The notes under the pieces: generated by a model
Told to the model about the DNA's origin: nothing
Database searches by the model: none
The model's input: the letters and a program-made list of their open reading frames with translations, nothing else
Source: Pecten maximus
Lineage: Eukaryota
Length of the DNA stretch: 64,000 nt
Direction: 5' to 3'
Assembly: GCF_902652985.1 (NCBI RefSeq)
Contig: NC_047015.1
Coordinates: 33,542,001 to 33,606,000 of the forward strand
In this document: positions 23,527-35,723 of the stretch, piece by piece
Position numbering within the stretch: position 1 is the stretch's first letter
How the letters are laid out: each line of letters starts with the position of its first letter
Program-made: the position numbers and the translations under genes

Positions 23527-25396
23527 TACTCAGAGTTGGTTACTAGATTTCTAGGTAACAGACTCAGACGAAAACAAACAAAACTTGTCCTTAAAATATT
23601 TCGTCAGCTTGTCAATATTCACTCTGCTTGCCAACAGGTCCTGTTTGTGGCTTTTTGTTTGATATACAAGATGTTATTTGTTATACAAGATGTCATTTTT
23701 TTTATACAAGATGTTATGTTTACAGGTCTCGAATTCATACACGAGATCAATTTCCATCAATTTTCTCTAGAGTGTCAACATATCTAAAGACGATGTATAA
23801 GTGAACTTCGTCAATAGCCAGAATTGCTAATTTATTTATTAGCCCACTCTACCACTGCGTTACAATTTAATCTATCGATCCAAAACCTGTACAGTTTTCC
23901 ATTAGAATATCTGTATAAAAGGAATATTGGTTTTGTGGTACCTCATTCAATTTCATGTTTATTGGGAATCGGTGATTCATTTTACAGTAACATCGAAGTT
24001 TCAGAACAATTTACATTCTTTCCATTTTTACCTCAATTAGAAGACCGTTTTTGTTGGGGGTTTTTTTTGTGGGGAGAAAAGGGGGGGGGGGGGGGGGGGG
24101 GGCTTTTTTTGTCGTCGTTTGTTTTGTTTTGTTGGGGTTTTTTTTACTCTTCTTGTTTTCGCACAACTATATTTCGCCTAGGATACCGGTTCACGTGCTT
24201 GCATTTTCAAAATATATCTCATCGTTTATCTTTTATCATTTATGCTGGAAATGTTGAATTAATGTAGGGAAGGGAATGAACTCTTAACGCCTACGTACAA
24301 AAGAAACATATTTTGCGTCCATGTGCGATCGGTCAAGATGTACCAATAGAACCCGGACTATGGCATGCAAGTAAGTTTTAGATTGCTCGCCTCGATTAAT
24401 ATCCTTCCCTTTCTTTTGCCGCTAGTAGACTGGAAGGGGATAGTTCGCGAATGGACGCTATATGTTGCGTGGTGCATTAACTGAAAGACTTTTCTCTTGC
24501 ACCTTTTTTTTTTTTTTTTTTCTAATTGCTTTACTCGCCCCATCCGCCTAACCATCCCCACCTGAATATTCGCTCAACCCACTAGCTGACATTGTTGTGT
24601 CAACAATTTAAGATTACAAAAATAAGCATAAGGTATGTAAATATTTCAATATGGTTTTAGCTGAGATCGTTACCAAGAAAGAAAGGCTCTAGTAGAAAAA
24701 AACGTATGCATCTTTCTTGAGGATATCGAACAAATCACGCGCCCTCGTGAGTCTGGCTTATACAGTTCTATGAACAAAGCTATATCACACGTTTTCGTCG
24801 TGAAACATCGTGACATGTATCAGCCATTGATATGTGTTAGACGTATAATCACATGTGTTCACATTACCGCTGACACGTGTTCACATTACCGCTGACACGT
24901 GTTCACATTACCGCTGTAACGTGCTCATCTGTCGTTTTTCATGGACCCCTAACTTGTAGGATGTATTTACATGTGATCTGGGATGATAGTCGATTCTTAT
25001 GACATTCTGCTGAATGGTATCATGGAACGGATATATATGTGTGTGTCGATTGTATGTATACATGGATTCCGTAATTGGATTGAAAGTCTAAAGTATTCTG
25101 AATTCAACGTTGAAATTCTGGTTATTACTGGCCTTGAAAATGAAATTAGTTAATTAATGGAGTTGATACGCCTGTCCTTCACTGTACTGTCAATGAAGGA
25201 GAGGACGCTCACTCTTTCGGATCACCTGGTCCTATTCTCCTTGTACTTTTTCAATGGTATTCAAGTAAATCTTTATTTTTTGCTAGGATTTTGGCCTCGT
25301 TTTCTCAATATTCAGTTAGAAATACGGTTGTTTTTTAACATGTGTTGGGTAGCTTTATAGTTTGAGCGTTTGCCGTCTTCACCTCTGCCAACTTCC

Positions 25397-26035
25397 AGTG
25401 TTTGGAAGCTTAAGTATCTTACCCTGAGGGTTGAGATTAATAGAATATTTCACCCCCTTTGGGGTGAGACAGGGGAATCTCAACCCGAGGGGAAGATTCT
25501 TAAGTTGCCAAACACGAGGCTTGCCGAGTGTTTAGCAGCTTAATTATCTTACCCCGAGGATTGAGATTCCCCTGTCTCACTTCCAATGGGGGTGAATGAT
25601 TATTTTTCTCTTACCCTGTTTACCCTCTTATGTATCTAATATTGACGTTACGTTAATGCAGGGACATGTTGACGTGACGTGATTGAATAGTCGACGTGAC
25701 GTCATCGTTCTGTTGATGTGACGAAATTCAATTGTTGAGAACGTGCAAAAAGCAGGTGTAGCTTGTCTTTTCCATAGGGTGAGATAAGAAAACTCAACCC
25801 GGTAAAACTGCGGATATCCCTGACCATTTTTACGACTTGTTTACTCAACGTAAAATGATGACGTTACTTTATTGTGAGCAGCGTCATATAGCGCGTGCCG
25901 ACTGTCTTTACCCACCCTGTGTAAGATCGATTTATCTTTTCCCTAACAACCGCCGGATACCCCTGTGAAGTATGTGAGAAAAGAAAATCCCATCCCGGTA
26001 AAACTGCGGATATCCGTGTCCATTGTAGGAGAAAT
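25397..26035 (+). mobile_element. Non-coding hairpin-ended repeat element (partial, rearranged copy)
   Basis: Starts TAATAGAAT at 25438; ~120-bp imperfect palindrome centred on CACGAGGCTTGCCGAGTG (25513-25530); homologous to 58388-59267. Confidence 0.8.
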
Positions 26036-26100
26036 TAGATATATTTTCGATGCCACCCTCCCCGTCCAAATTGCAAAAACTAAACCAAGAAAAAACTTAA

Positions 26101-29100
26101 CAGTAGAATTTTGTCAGTGGGGACGTACTATATGGTAACAGTAGACGTTTGTCAGTGGGGACGTACTATATGGTAACAGTAGACGTTTGTCAGTGGGGAC
26201 GTACTATATGGTAACAGTAGACGTTTGTCAGTGGGTACGTACTATATGGTAACAGTAGAAGTTTGTCAGTGGGTACGTACTATATGGTAACAGTAGACGT
26301 TTGTCAGTGGGGACGTACTATATGGTAACAGTAGACTTTTGTCAGTGGGGACGTACTATATGGTAACAGTAGACGTTTGTGTGTGGGGACGTACTATATG
26401 GTAACAGTAGACGTTTGTCAGTGGGGACGTACTATATGGTAACAGTAGACGTTTGTCAGTGGGGACGTACTATATGGTAACAGTAGACGTTTGTCAGTGG
26501 GGACGTACTATATGGTAACAGTAGACGTTTGTCAGTGGGGACGTACTATATGGTAACAGTAGAAGTTTGTCAGTGGGTACGTACTATATGGTAACAGTAG
26601 ACGTTTGTCAGTGGGGACGTACTATATGGTAACGGTAGACGTTTGTCAGTGGGGACGTACTATATGGTAACAGTAGACGTTTGTCAGTGGGGACGTACAT
26701 GTACTATATGGTAACAGTAGAAGTTTGTCAGTGGGGACGTACTATATGGTAACAGTAGACGTTTGTCAGTGGGGACGTACTATATGGTAACAGTAGACGT
26801 TTGTCAGTGGGGACGTACTATATGGTAACAGTAGACGTTTGTCAGTGGGGACGTACTATATGGTAACAGTAGACGTTTGTCAGTGGGGACGTACTATATG
26901 GTAACAGTAGACGTTTGTCTGTGGGGACGTACTATATGGTAACAGTAGAAGTTTGTTAGTGGGTACGTACTATATGGTAACGGTAGACGTTTGTCAGTGG
27001 GGACGTACTATATGGTAACAGTAGACGTTTGTCAGTGGGGACGTACTATATGGTAACAGTAGACGTTTGTCAGTGGGGACGTACTATATGGTAACAGTAG
27101 AAGTTTGTCAGTGAGGACGTACTATATGGTAACAGTAGAAGTTTATCAGTGGGGACGTACTATATGGTAACAGTAGACGTTTGTCAGTGGGGACGTACTA
27201 TATGGTAACAGTAGACGTTTGTGTGTGGGTACGTACTATATGGTAACAGTAGACGTTTGTCAGTGGGGACGTACTATATGGTAACGGTAGACGTTTGTGT
27301 GTGGGTACGTACTATATGGTAACGGTAGACGTTTGTGTGTGGGTACGTACTATATGGTAACGGTAGACGTTTGTCAGTGGGGACGTACTATATGGTAACA
27401 GTAGACGTTTGTGTGTGGGTACGTACTATATGGTAACAGTAGACGTTTGTCAGTGGGGACGTACTATATGGTAACAGTAGACGTTTGTCAGTGGGGACGT
27501 ACTATATGGTAACAGTAGACGTTTGTCAGTGGGGACGTACTATATGGTAACAGTAGACGTTTGTGTGTGGGTACGTACTATATGGTAACAGTAGAAGTTT
27601 GTTAGTGGGTACGTACTATATGGTAACGGTAGACGTTTGTCAGTGGGGACTTACTATATGGTAACAGTAGACGTTTGTCAGTGGGTACGTACTATATGGT
27701 AACAGTAGACGTTTGTCAGTGGGGACGTACTATATGGTAACAGTAGACGTTTGTCAGTGGGGACGTACTATATGGTAACAGTAGACGTTTGTCAGTGGGG
27801 ACGTACTATATGGTAACAGTAGACGTTTGTCAGTGGGGACGTACTATATGGTAACAGTAGACGTTTGTCTGTGGGGACGTACTATATGGTAACAGTAGAA
27901 GTTTGTCAGTGGGGACGTACTATATGGTAACGGTAGACGTTTGTCAGTGGGGACGTACTATATGGTAACAGTAGACGTTTGTCAGTGGGGACGTACTATA
28001 TGGTAACAGTAGACGTTTGTCAGTGGGGACGTACTATATTGTAACAGTAGACGTTTGTCAGTGGGGACGTACTATATGGTAACAGTAGATGTTTATCAAT
28101 GGGGACGTACTATACAGTAGACGTTTGTCAGTGGGGACGTACTATATGGTAACAGTAGACGTTTGTCGGTGGGGACGTACTATGTGGTAACAGTAGACGT
28201 TTGTCAGTGGGGACGTACTATATGGTAACAGTAGATGTTTATCAATGGGGACGTACTATACAGTAGACGTTTGTCAGTGGGGACGTACTATATGGTAACA
28301 GTAGACATTTGTCAGTGGGACGAACTATATGGTAACAGTAGAAGTTTGTCAGTGGGGACGTACTATATGGTAACAGTAGACGTTTGTGTGTGGGGACGTA
28401 CTATATGGTAACAGTAGACGTTTGTCAGTGGGGACGTACTATATGGTAACAGTAGACGTGTGTCAGTGAGGACGTACTATATGGTAACAGTAGACGTTTG
28501 TGTGTGGGGACGTACTATATGGTAACAGTAGACGTTTGTCAGTGGGGACGTACTATATGGTAACAGTAGACGTTTGTCAGTGGGGACGTACTATATGGTA
28601 ACAGTAGACGTTTGTCAGTGGGGACGTACTATATGGTAACAGTAGACGTTTGTCAGTGGGTACGTACTATATGGTAACAGTAGACGTTTGTCAGTGGGGA
28701 CGTACTATATGGTAATAGTAGACGTTTGTCAGTGGGGACGTACTATATGGTAACAGTAGAAGTTTGTCAGTGGGGACGTACTATATGGTAACAGTAGACT
28801 TTTGTCAGTGGGGACGTACTATATGGTAACAGTAGACGTTTGTGTGTGGGGACGTACTATATGGTAACAGTAGACGTTGTCAGTGGGGACGTACTATATG
28901 GTAACAGTAGACGTTTGTGTGTGGGGACGTACATGTACTATATGGTAACAGTAGACGTTTGTCAGTGGGGACGTACTATATAGTAACAGAAGACGTTTGT
29001 CAGTGGGGACGTACGATATGGTAACAGTAGACGTTTGTCAGTGGGGACGTTCTATATGGTAACAGTAGACGTTTGTGTGTGGGGACGTACTATATGGTAA

Positions 29101-29217
29101 CAGTAGACGTTTGTTAGTGGGGACGTACATGTACTATATGGTAACAGTAGACGTTTGTCAGTGTTGACGTACTATATGGTAACAGTAGAAGTTTGTCTGT
29201 GGGGACGTACTATATGG
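26101..29217. repeat. 38-bp minisatellite (CAGTAGACGTTTGTCAGTGGGGACGTACTATATGGTAA), ~82 copies
   Basis: Highly homogeneous tandem array with no spacers. Confidence 0.97.
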
Positions 29218-30519
29218 CACCTTTTTGTCAAGTTATCAATGAAAAAGAACAATGACCTTTATGTTTGGTGCCCCGAACACTTTTTCTATGTCACTTTTGA
29301 TCGGAAACGTTTGCAGCCGTCTATTGTGGATAATATATTTAAAACATGTCCAGGAAATCGATTTTCTGACATCACATGTTGGATCAATTCGATACCATCT
29401 CTCTCTCGTATACCGACTTATTCCTTCGTACGACCCTCCTTTTGACATAGCTAAGAGCGCCAGTCCAGGTGAGACTCACTCGATTTATATTCCCTCAGGA
29501 AGTTCGAAATCCTGGAATCTCTATGTATCGTCATATATCTACAAATATCGATCGTACATATCTACTTCCTTTTAACCGATTTAGAGCCTAAATTAGGCAA
29601 TACTGCAATATAAAACATTACTTGTGGCTTTTTTCACTACATCGGTCTTTGAATTAAAGTAAAAAAACATTTGAACATCGTTTTCTTCAGTGTTTGAAAG
29701 ATTCTCTACAATTATCGATGTGAGTGCTGTTTTGTGGCCAAGCAGCATACCTTATTTAAATTTGCACATGATTATTCAACTTGAACGTCGTCGTAATGCT
29801 GTCGACTCTTAGTTGAATGACATTGCTGCTGAAACCGTTTCTACATTGTATGTTATGTTGCCGAATACGTTTCTGTAAAAGATACAAAAATATTAAATGC
29901 CGAACTGTTTTGCTGTGATGTTGACTATGCGTCGCGCACGAGCACGTATCGCGGTGACACTGTATTGACACATTGCTGCCGAACTATTGTATAGTGCAGG
30001 TCAATTGTTTTGTATATAGTATTATCAACGGAAGTAATCGATACAACAAGGCGCAGACACAGCTAGCGAGATAGATTTACTCAACATAAACTGGTTACAA
30101 AATGGAAAGGATTCCGATGCAATATGGTGCTATGTTAGTTAAATTTATTGTCTTAATTTCAAATGAGAGAACATTGTAAATGAACGAAAATGTGTTAGAC
30201 TGTTGGTAGATATCGATTCTTCAATTTTTAATTGTAATTTAACCAAAACTGTTTGTAAATAGCAGTTGTCTCCCTTTACACACTCTCCGGTCATGACGAC
30301 CTATCAAAGCATGTGTCTATCAATAGAAGGTAATATAACTATATTTTCATTATTGTTTGTTGACTGTGGTGTGTATTAAGAGGAAACGTGATCACTTGAA
30401 CGCTGCTTGACAATATGACACATGGCACATTTAAAATGTTAACTTTTTTTTATCATACAACAATTGCCAAAAAAGTTGCAACATCTCTCATTCTAAAATT
30501 ATGTCAATATTCCATATTG

Positions 30520-30625
30520 TAAAATCATATGTTGTAAAATTATATTGGGAAAGGGTTTGGTATACGTTGGATAACTTGTGCCCCAAATCTCCTGTATACA
30601 GAATACTAATGAAAGATGTTTCAAT
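30520..30625 (+). mobile_element. CR1 3'-end fragment
   Basis: GGGAAAGGG..AACTTGTGCCCCAAATC..GATGTTTCAA resembles the CR1 3' end at 38622-38710. Confidence 0.45.
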
Positions 30626-30639
30626 CGATACATCATCTT

Positions 30640-30835
30640 GTACTAATCACACTTGTTGGCCCGGATTGAAGCGCGCGAGGGGTTTTACTCTGTGAGGTTA
30701 CCGGAGTACCCGGGGGACGGGGGTCCCACATGGTCAAGCTAGTGACCTCATACCTTTTCAAGTCCGCTCGGGGAATCGAACCACGACCGCCTAGGTGAAA
30801 GACGAGTTAGTTACTCCTGTGCCACTCGACCACCC
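30640..30835 (-). mobile_element. tRNA-derived V-SINE-like element
   Basis: Minus strand head GGGTGGTCGAGTGGCACAGG, B box GGTTCGATTCC, V-domain-like CCGGGTACTCCGGT..CCTC. Confidence 0.7.
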
Positions 30836-30899
30836 GCGACACATCGTATACATGTACAGTACGTACATGTATCTGACCTTATTTCAAACTTTTCTGGTT

Positions 30900-33800
30900 T
30901 GATAACTCAATATCGATAAATTCTTCGCCCACAATTAGGAATACGGACAAACAATTTTATAAAAAAACTATTTCTGAACTTATATTTATAAACTGAAGCT
31001 TCTACCTCGCTCTCATATATCGACTGTAATATAGCTAGCGATGCTAATTTTATCATTAAATGTCTTGTAAGAGAAAGTTTTCTTGGTTTAAGTATTAGTT
31101 ATCACTGTCCTACTATTTTAACATTGTTAAGCCTGTGTAAAACAGTTTCAGGCGTAACCGTGGAAATAACGATTTAGAGATAAATTAAACTGTTAACTGG
31201 AATGTACTGATCGAAGCTGATGATATTTTAAAATGTCTCGGTTAAAGCCTCTACTAATACGTTGCCTCACACTGCTAAAACTTGTACCCAAACAAAACTG
31301 TAACTGTAAAGTCTAACGAACCATCTTGAATGTCCAATGAAATACAAAGGCCGATTGAAGAAGGCAACGTGACTAAATTTCGTCAAATCCGTTATAAATG
31401 TGTAAACACTATTGAACAGGCTAAAACCATTAATGTTAATATCCTCTGCAGGAAACTTAGAAAACCCTCCAATCTCAGTAAGAAGAATGGATGGAATAGT
31501 TATATACACTTAATTGTCGATCTCTAGGAAATCCTCAATGCACCACTTCTCGACAATGACAATGTTGTCTCATTTGACCTCGATAATGAATACTTCTTTG
31601 CACAATCGACTGTTGATGACTCTTATGCCGTCCTTTGGACAACAAACCCCGAATCTATCAACAAAATATCTTATATTTATATAACTGCTACTGAGGTTAA
31701 AGATGCTACACTTCACCTCTAAAGCTGTTGGTCCTAATCTTGTCAATCCTCGAAAAGTTGTTGGTCCTACTCTTGTTAGTCCTCGAAAAGTTGTTGGTCC
31801 TAATCTTGTTATTCCTCGAAAACCTGTTGGTCCTAATCTTGCTAGTCCTCGAAAAGTTGTTGGTACTGATCTTGTTAATCCTCGAAAACCTGTTGGTCCT
31901 AATCTTGTAAATCCTCGAAAAGCTGTTGGTTCTAATCTTGTTAGTCCTCTAAAGCTGTTGGTCCTGATCTTGTTAATGCTCGAAAAGTTGTTGGTCCTGA
32001 TCTTGTTAATCCTTGAAAACCTGTTGGTCCTAATCTTCTTAATCCTCAAAAAGTTGTTGGTCCTGATCTTGTCAATCCTCGAAAAGTTGTTGGTCCTACT
32101 CTTGTTAGTCCTCGAAAAGTTGTTGGTCCTGATCTTGTTAATCCTCGAAAACCTGTTGGTCCTGATCTTGTTAATCCTCGAAAAGCTGTTGGTTCTAATC
32201 TTGTCAGTCCTCTAAAGCTGTTGGTCGTGATCTTGTTAATCCTGGAAAAGTTGTTGGTCCTAATCTTGTTATTCCTTGAAAACCTGTTGGTCCTAATCTT
32301 GTTAATCCTCAAAAAGTTGTTGGTCCTGATCTTGTTAATTCTCGAAAACCTGTTGGTCCTAATCTTGTTAATCCTCAAAAAGTTGTTGGTCCTGATCTTG
32401 TCAATCCTCGAAAACCTGTTGGTCCTAATCTTGTTAGTCCTCGAAAAGTTGTTGGTCCTGATCTTGTTAATCCTCGAAAAGCTGTTGGCTCTAATCTTGT
32501 CAGTCCTCTAAAGCTGTTGGTCCTTATCTTGTTAATCCTGGAAAAGTTGTTGGTCCTAATCTTGTTAATCCTTGAAAAACCTGTTGGTCCTAATCTTGTT
32601 AATCCTCAAATATTTGTTGGTCCTGATCTTGTCAATCCTCAAAAAGTTGTTGGTCCTACTCTTGTTAGTCCTCGAAAAGTTGTTGGTCCTAATCTTGTTA
32701 TTCCTCGAAAAGTTGTTGGTCCGAATCTTGTTAGTCCTCGAAAAGTTGTTGGTACTGATTTTGTTAATCCTCGAAAACATGTTGGTCCTGATCTTGTTAA
32801 TCCTCGAAAAGCTGTTGGTCCTAATCTTGTTAGTCCCCTAAAGCTGTTGGTCGTGATCTTGTTAATCCTCGAAAAGTTGCTGGTCCTGATCTTGTTAATC
32901 TTCGAAAAGTTGTTGGTACTGTAATCCTCGAAAAGCTGTTGGTCCTGATCTTTTTATCTTCGAAAAGTTGTTGGTCCTAATCTTGTAATTCCTCTAAAGC
33001 TGTTGGTCCTGATCTTGTTAATCCTCGAAAAGCTGTTGGTCCTAATCTTGTTAATCCTCGAAAAGTTGTTGGTACTGATCTTGTTAATCCTCGAAAACCT
33101 GTTGGTCCTGATCTTGTTAATCCTCGAAAAGCTGTTGGTCCTAATCTTGTTAGTCCTCTAAAGCTGTTGGTCCTGATCTTGTTAATCCTCGAAAAGTTGT
33201 TGGTCCTAATCTTGTTAGTCCTCTAAAGCTGTTGGTCCTGATCTTGTTAATCCTCGAAAAGTTGTTGGTCTTGATAATATTAATCCTCGAAAAACTGTTG
33301 GTCCTGATCTTGTCAATCCTCGAAAACCTGTTGGTCGTGATCTTGTTAATCCTCGAAAAGTTGTTGGTCGTGATCTTGTTAATCCTCGAAAAGTTGTCAG
33401 TCCTGATCTTGTTAATCCTCGAAAAGTTGTCAGTCCTGATCTTGTTAATCCTCGAACAGTTGTTGGTCCTGATCTTGTTAATCCTCGAAAAGTTGTCAGT
33501 CCTGATCTTGTTAATCCTCGAAAAGTTGTTGGTCCTGATCTTGTTAATCCTCGAAAAGCTGTTGGTCGTGATCTTGTTAATCCTCGAAAAGTTGTCAGTC
33601 CTGATCTTGTTAATCCTCGAACAGTTGTTGGTCCTGATCTTGTTAATCCTCGAAAAGCTGTTGGTCCTGATCTTGTTAATCCTCGAAAAGTTGTTGGTCG
33701 TGATCTTGTTAATCCTCGAAAAGTTGTTGGTCCTGATAATGTTAATCATCGAAAAACTGTTGGTCCTGATCTTGTTGACCCTTGAATGATAAGAGAAACT

Positions 33801-35010
33801 GCATATATTTTATGTTACCCTTTAAGCGACCTCTTTAACACATCTGGCGTTTTTTCCTGGAGAACAGAAGACTACAAATGTAACTCCCGTACATAAACAG
33901 AAGGCAAATCTAACTTAACAAATCACAGGTCTGTCTCTTTATTATCTATCGTCATCTTTGAATATGTCTACAACTTGTTACATTCTCACTCTCTCCTATC
34001 TCCCCACCAATCTGGATTTAGACTTTGCTGATACATCCGTTAAACAGCTTCTTACGATCCCTCATGACATTAACTCTGCTCTAGATAATATTTAATAATT
34101 ACTTTTTTATATTAGTAAAGCGTTTGATAGTGATTGGCATAAGGGACTTCTTAGTTAGCTATTAAGTTGCTGAGGCTCACATCCAACATGGTTCTAGAAT
34201 TATCTTTATAACCCAAACCAAAGTGTTATCAAATTGTCTGATTGGTCGAACATTGTACGTCATTATTGATACCACTAAAAATAGTACCGGGCTTTTAAAT
34301 AACGATCTTATTAAAATACCTATTTACTGAAATCAGTTCACACCTTGGCATGTCTCTGTCCAGAAAATGGTTGTTAGACCGACCACATCAACTATGTCCA
34401 AACGAAGATTTCGAAAAGAATTAACACTTTACGTGAATTTAGATTTACCCTTGATCATGCTTGTCTTTAGATTCTGTATTAATCACACACTTATTTGACC
34501 TATGTTTTAATATGGCGAAGTTATTTTCGATAACCTTACTAAAGCTTAATCTGACTTGTTAGAAGATCTTCAATAAGAGGCAGTACGTATAGTTACTGTA
34601 GGTAATTGGTTAACTGGTAGAGAGAAAATGTATCTTGAAACATGCTGGCTCCCTCTTGAGACAAACACAAACATCACAAAATCATTCATTTCCACAGAAT
34701 GGGTTATGGATTCCTCCCTCAGTATCTACACGAAATCCTTCCTCTATGTAATAACAGCATCCATGATCACAATTAACCTTGTTGGCCACAACTTAGGTCC
34801 ACCTCACTGTCGTACAAATCTTTACATGAACTTTTTGCAGACATCTGAAATTGGCCTCTGGAAATCTCTGTCGGATTCAATAAGAAGTGACCCGTCAATA
34901 AAATAGTTAAAAAATCACTTAAATGCACCAGACTACAAAGTTCGAGCTTTCTATTCTAGAGGTAGCAGACTGGGTCAGATTCACCATGCAAGGATGGAGT
35001 GCATTTCCCT
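30900..35010 (+). pseudogene. Old degenerate CR1-type LINE ORF2, interrupted by a minisatellite derived from it
   Basis: Fragments PNKTVTVKSNEPSxMSNEI, NEYFFAQSTVDDS, ITATEVKDA-KAVGP, PLSDLFN, NVTPVHK, HQSGFR, ISKAFDSDWHKGLL, GSRLGQIHHAR occur in the expected order. Confidence 0.8.
31717..33785. repeat. 33-bp minisatellite (GTTGGTCCTGATCTTGTTAATCCTCGAAAAGTT), ~63 copies
   Basis: Tandem periodicity of 33 bp with occasional 32-bp variants; one frame reads KAVGPDLVNPR. Confidence 0.95.
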
Positions 35011-35723
35011 AATTTATATGAATGAAATAAAGTTTAAATTAAGAGAAAATCGCTGATTCCGCTGAAGGTCGGCATTAACATGTCTCCTAGGATTAAAATA
35101 TATTTTGATGCTCATTCCTGAGTTCCTGAATATGCCAGAAACAGAAAACGTTGGAGAATCCACACCATAGCCATCGCCTTTTACAAGCTGATGAAGGAAC
35201 ATCTTTTCTCTCTAAACTTTATTTTACTTTGTTTATACCGTCATATCTGTGCCTCGAAACCAGAAAGGGGGCAATCTGCCAGCAGTTTTCCGCTTAACAT
35301 GTTTATGTGAAATAGGACAGTTTGAACCATAAACTAAATACTAAAACAGTAATTATACTGCCGATAATATTAATTTTTTAAATATTTTGTGAAAGAAAGT
35401 CATTTTTTGTGAACATTCAGCCCATTAAAAATATTTAGCGTATAGAGAGCTTTATCATTTACCCTAATCTTGCCGAAAGATCAAAACTTTACCATTTGTG
35501 CAAAGTTTTGATTTTTGGCTTTGACGTGTGTCTTCCCAATGACTTGGTTATGCTGACATGTGTAGGCAATGTCCTTAGATGAACATCACTGTTAATTATA
35601 ATTAGGACGTTAAATACGATATATTACATGACCGATAATGACTTAACAAATCTTACAACAATATACATCATATCTCATTGTTGTTTTGACATTACATTTT
35701 ACATGTTCTTCAAGTAAACAGCT

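Noticed and set aside
23824-24267. 147-aa ORF with a poly-Gly run
   Set aside because: Produced by a G homopolymer and T-rich low-complexity sequence.
26101-29217. CRISPR-like regular repeats (also the other 30-40 bp arrays)
   Set aside because: Units are contiguous with no unique spacers, there are no cas genes, and the context is eukaryotic.
31570-33789. Leu-rich transmembrane-like ORFs (LEKLLVLILLI repeats)
   Set aside because: They are translations of the 33-bp minisatellite, open in several frames on both strands.
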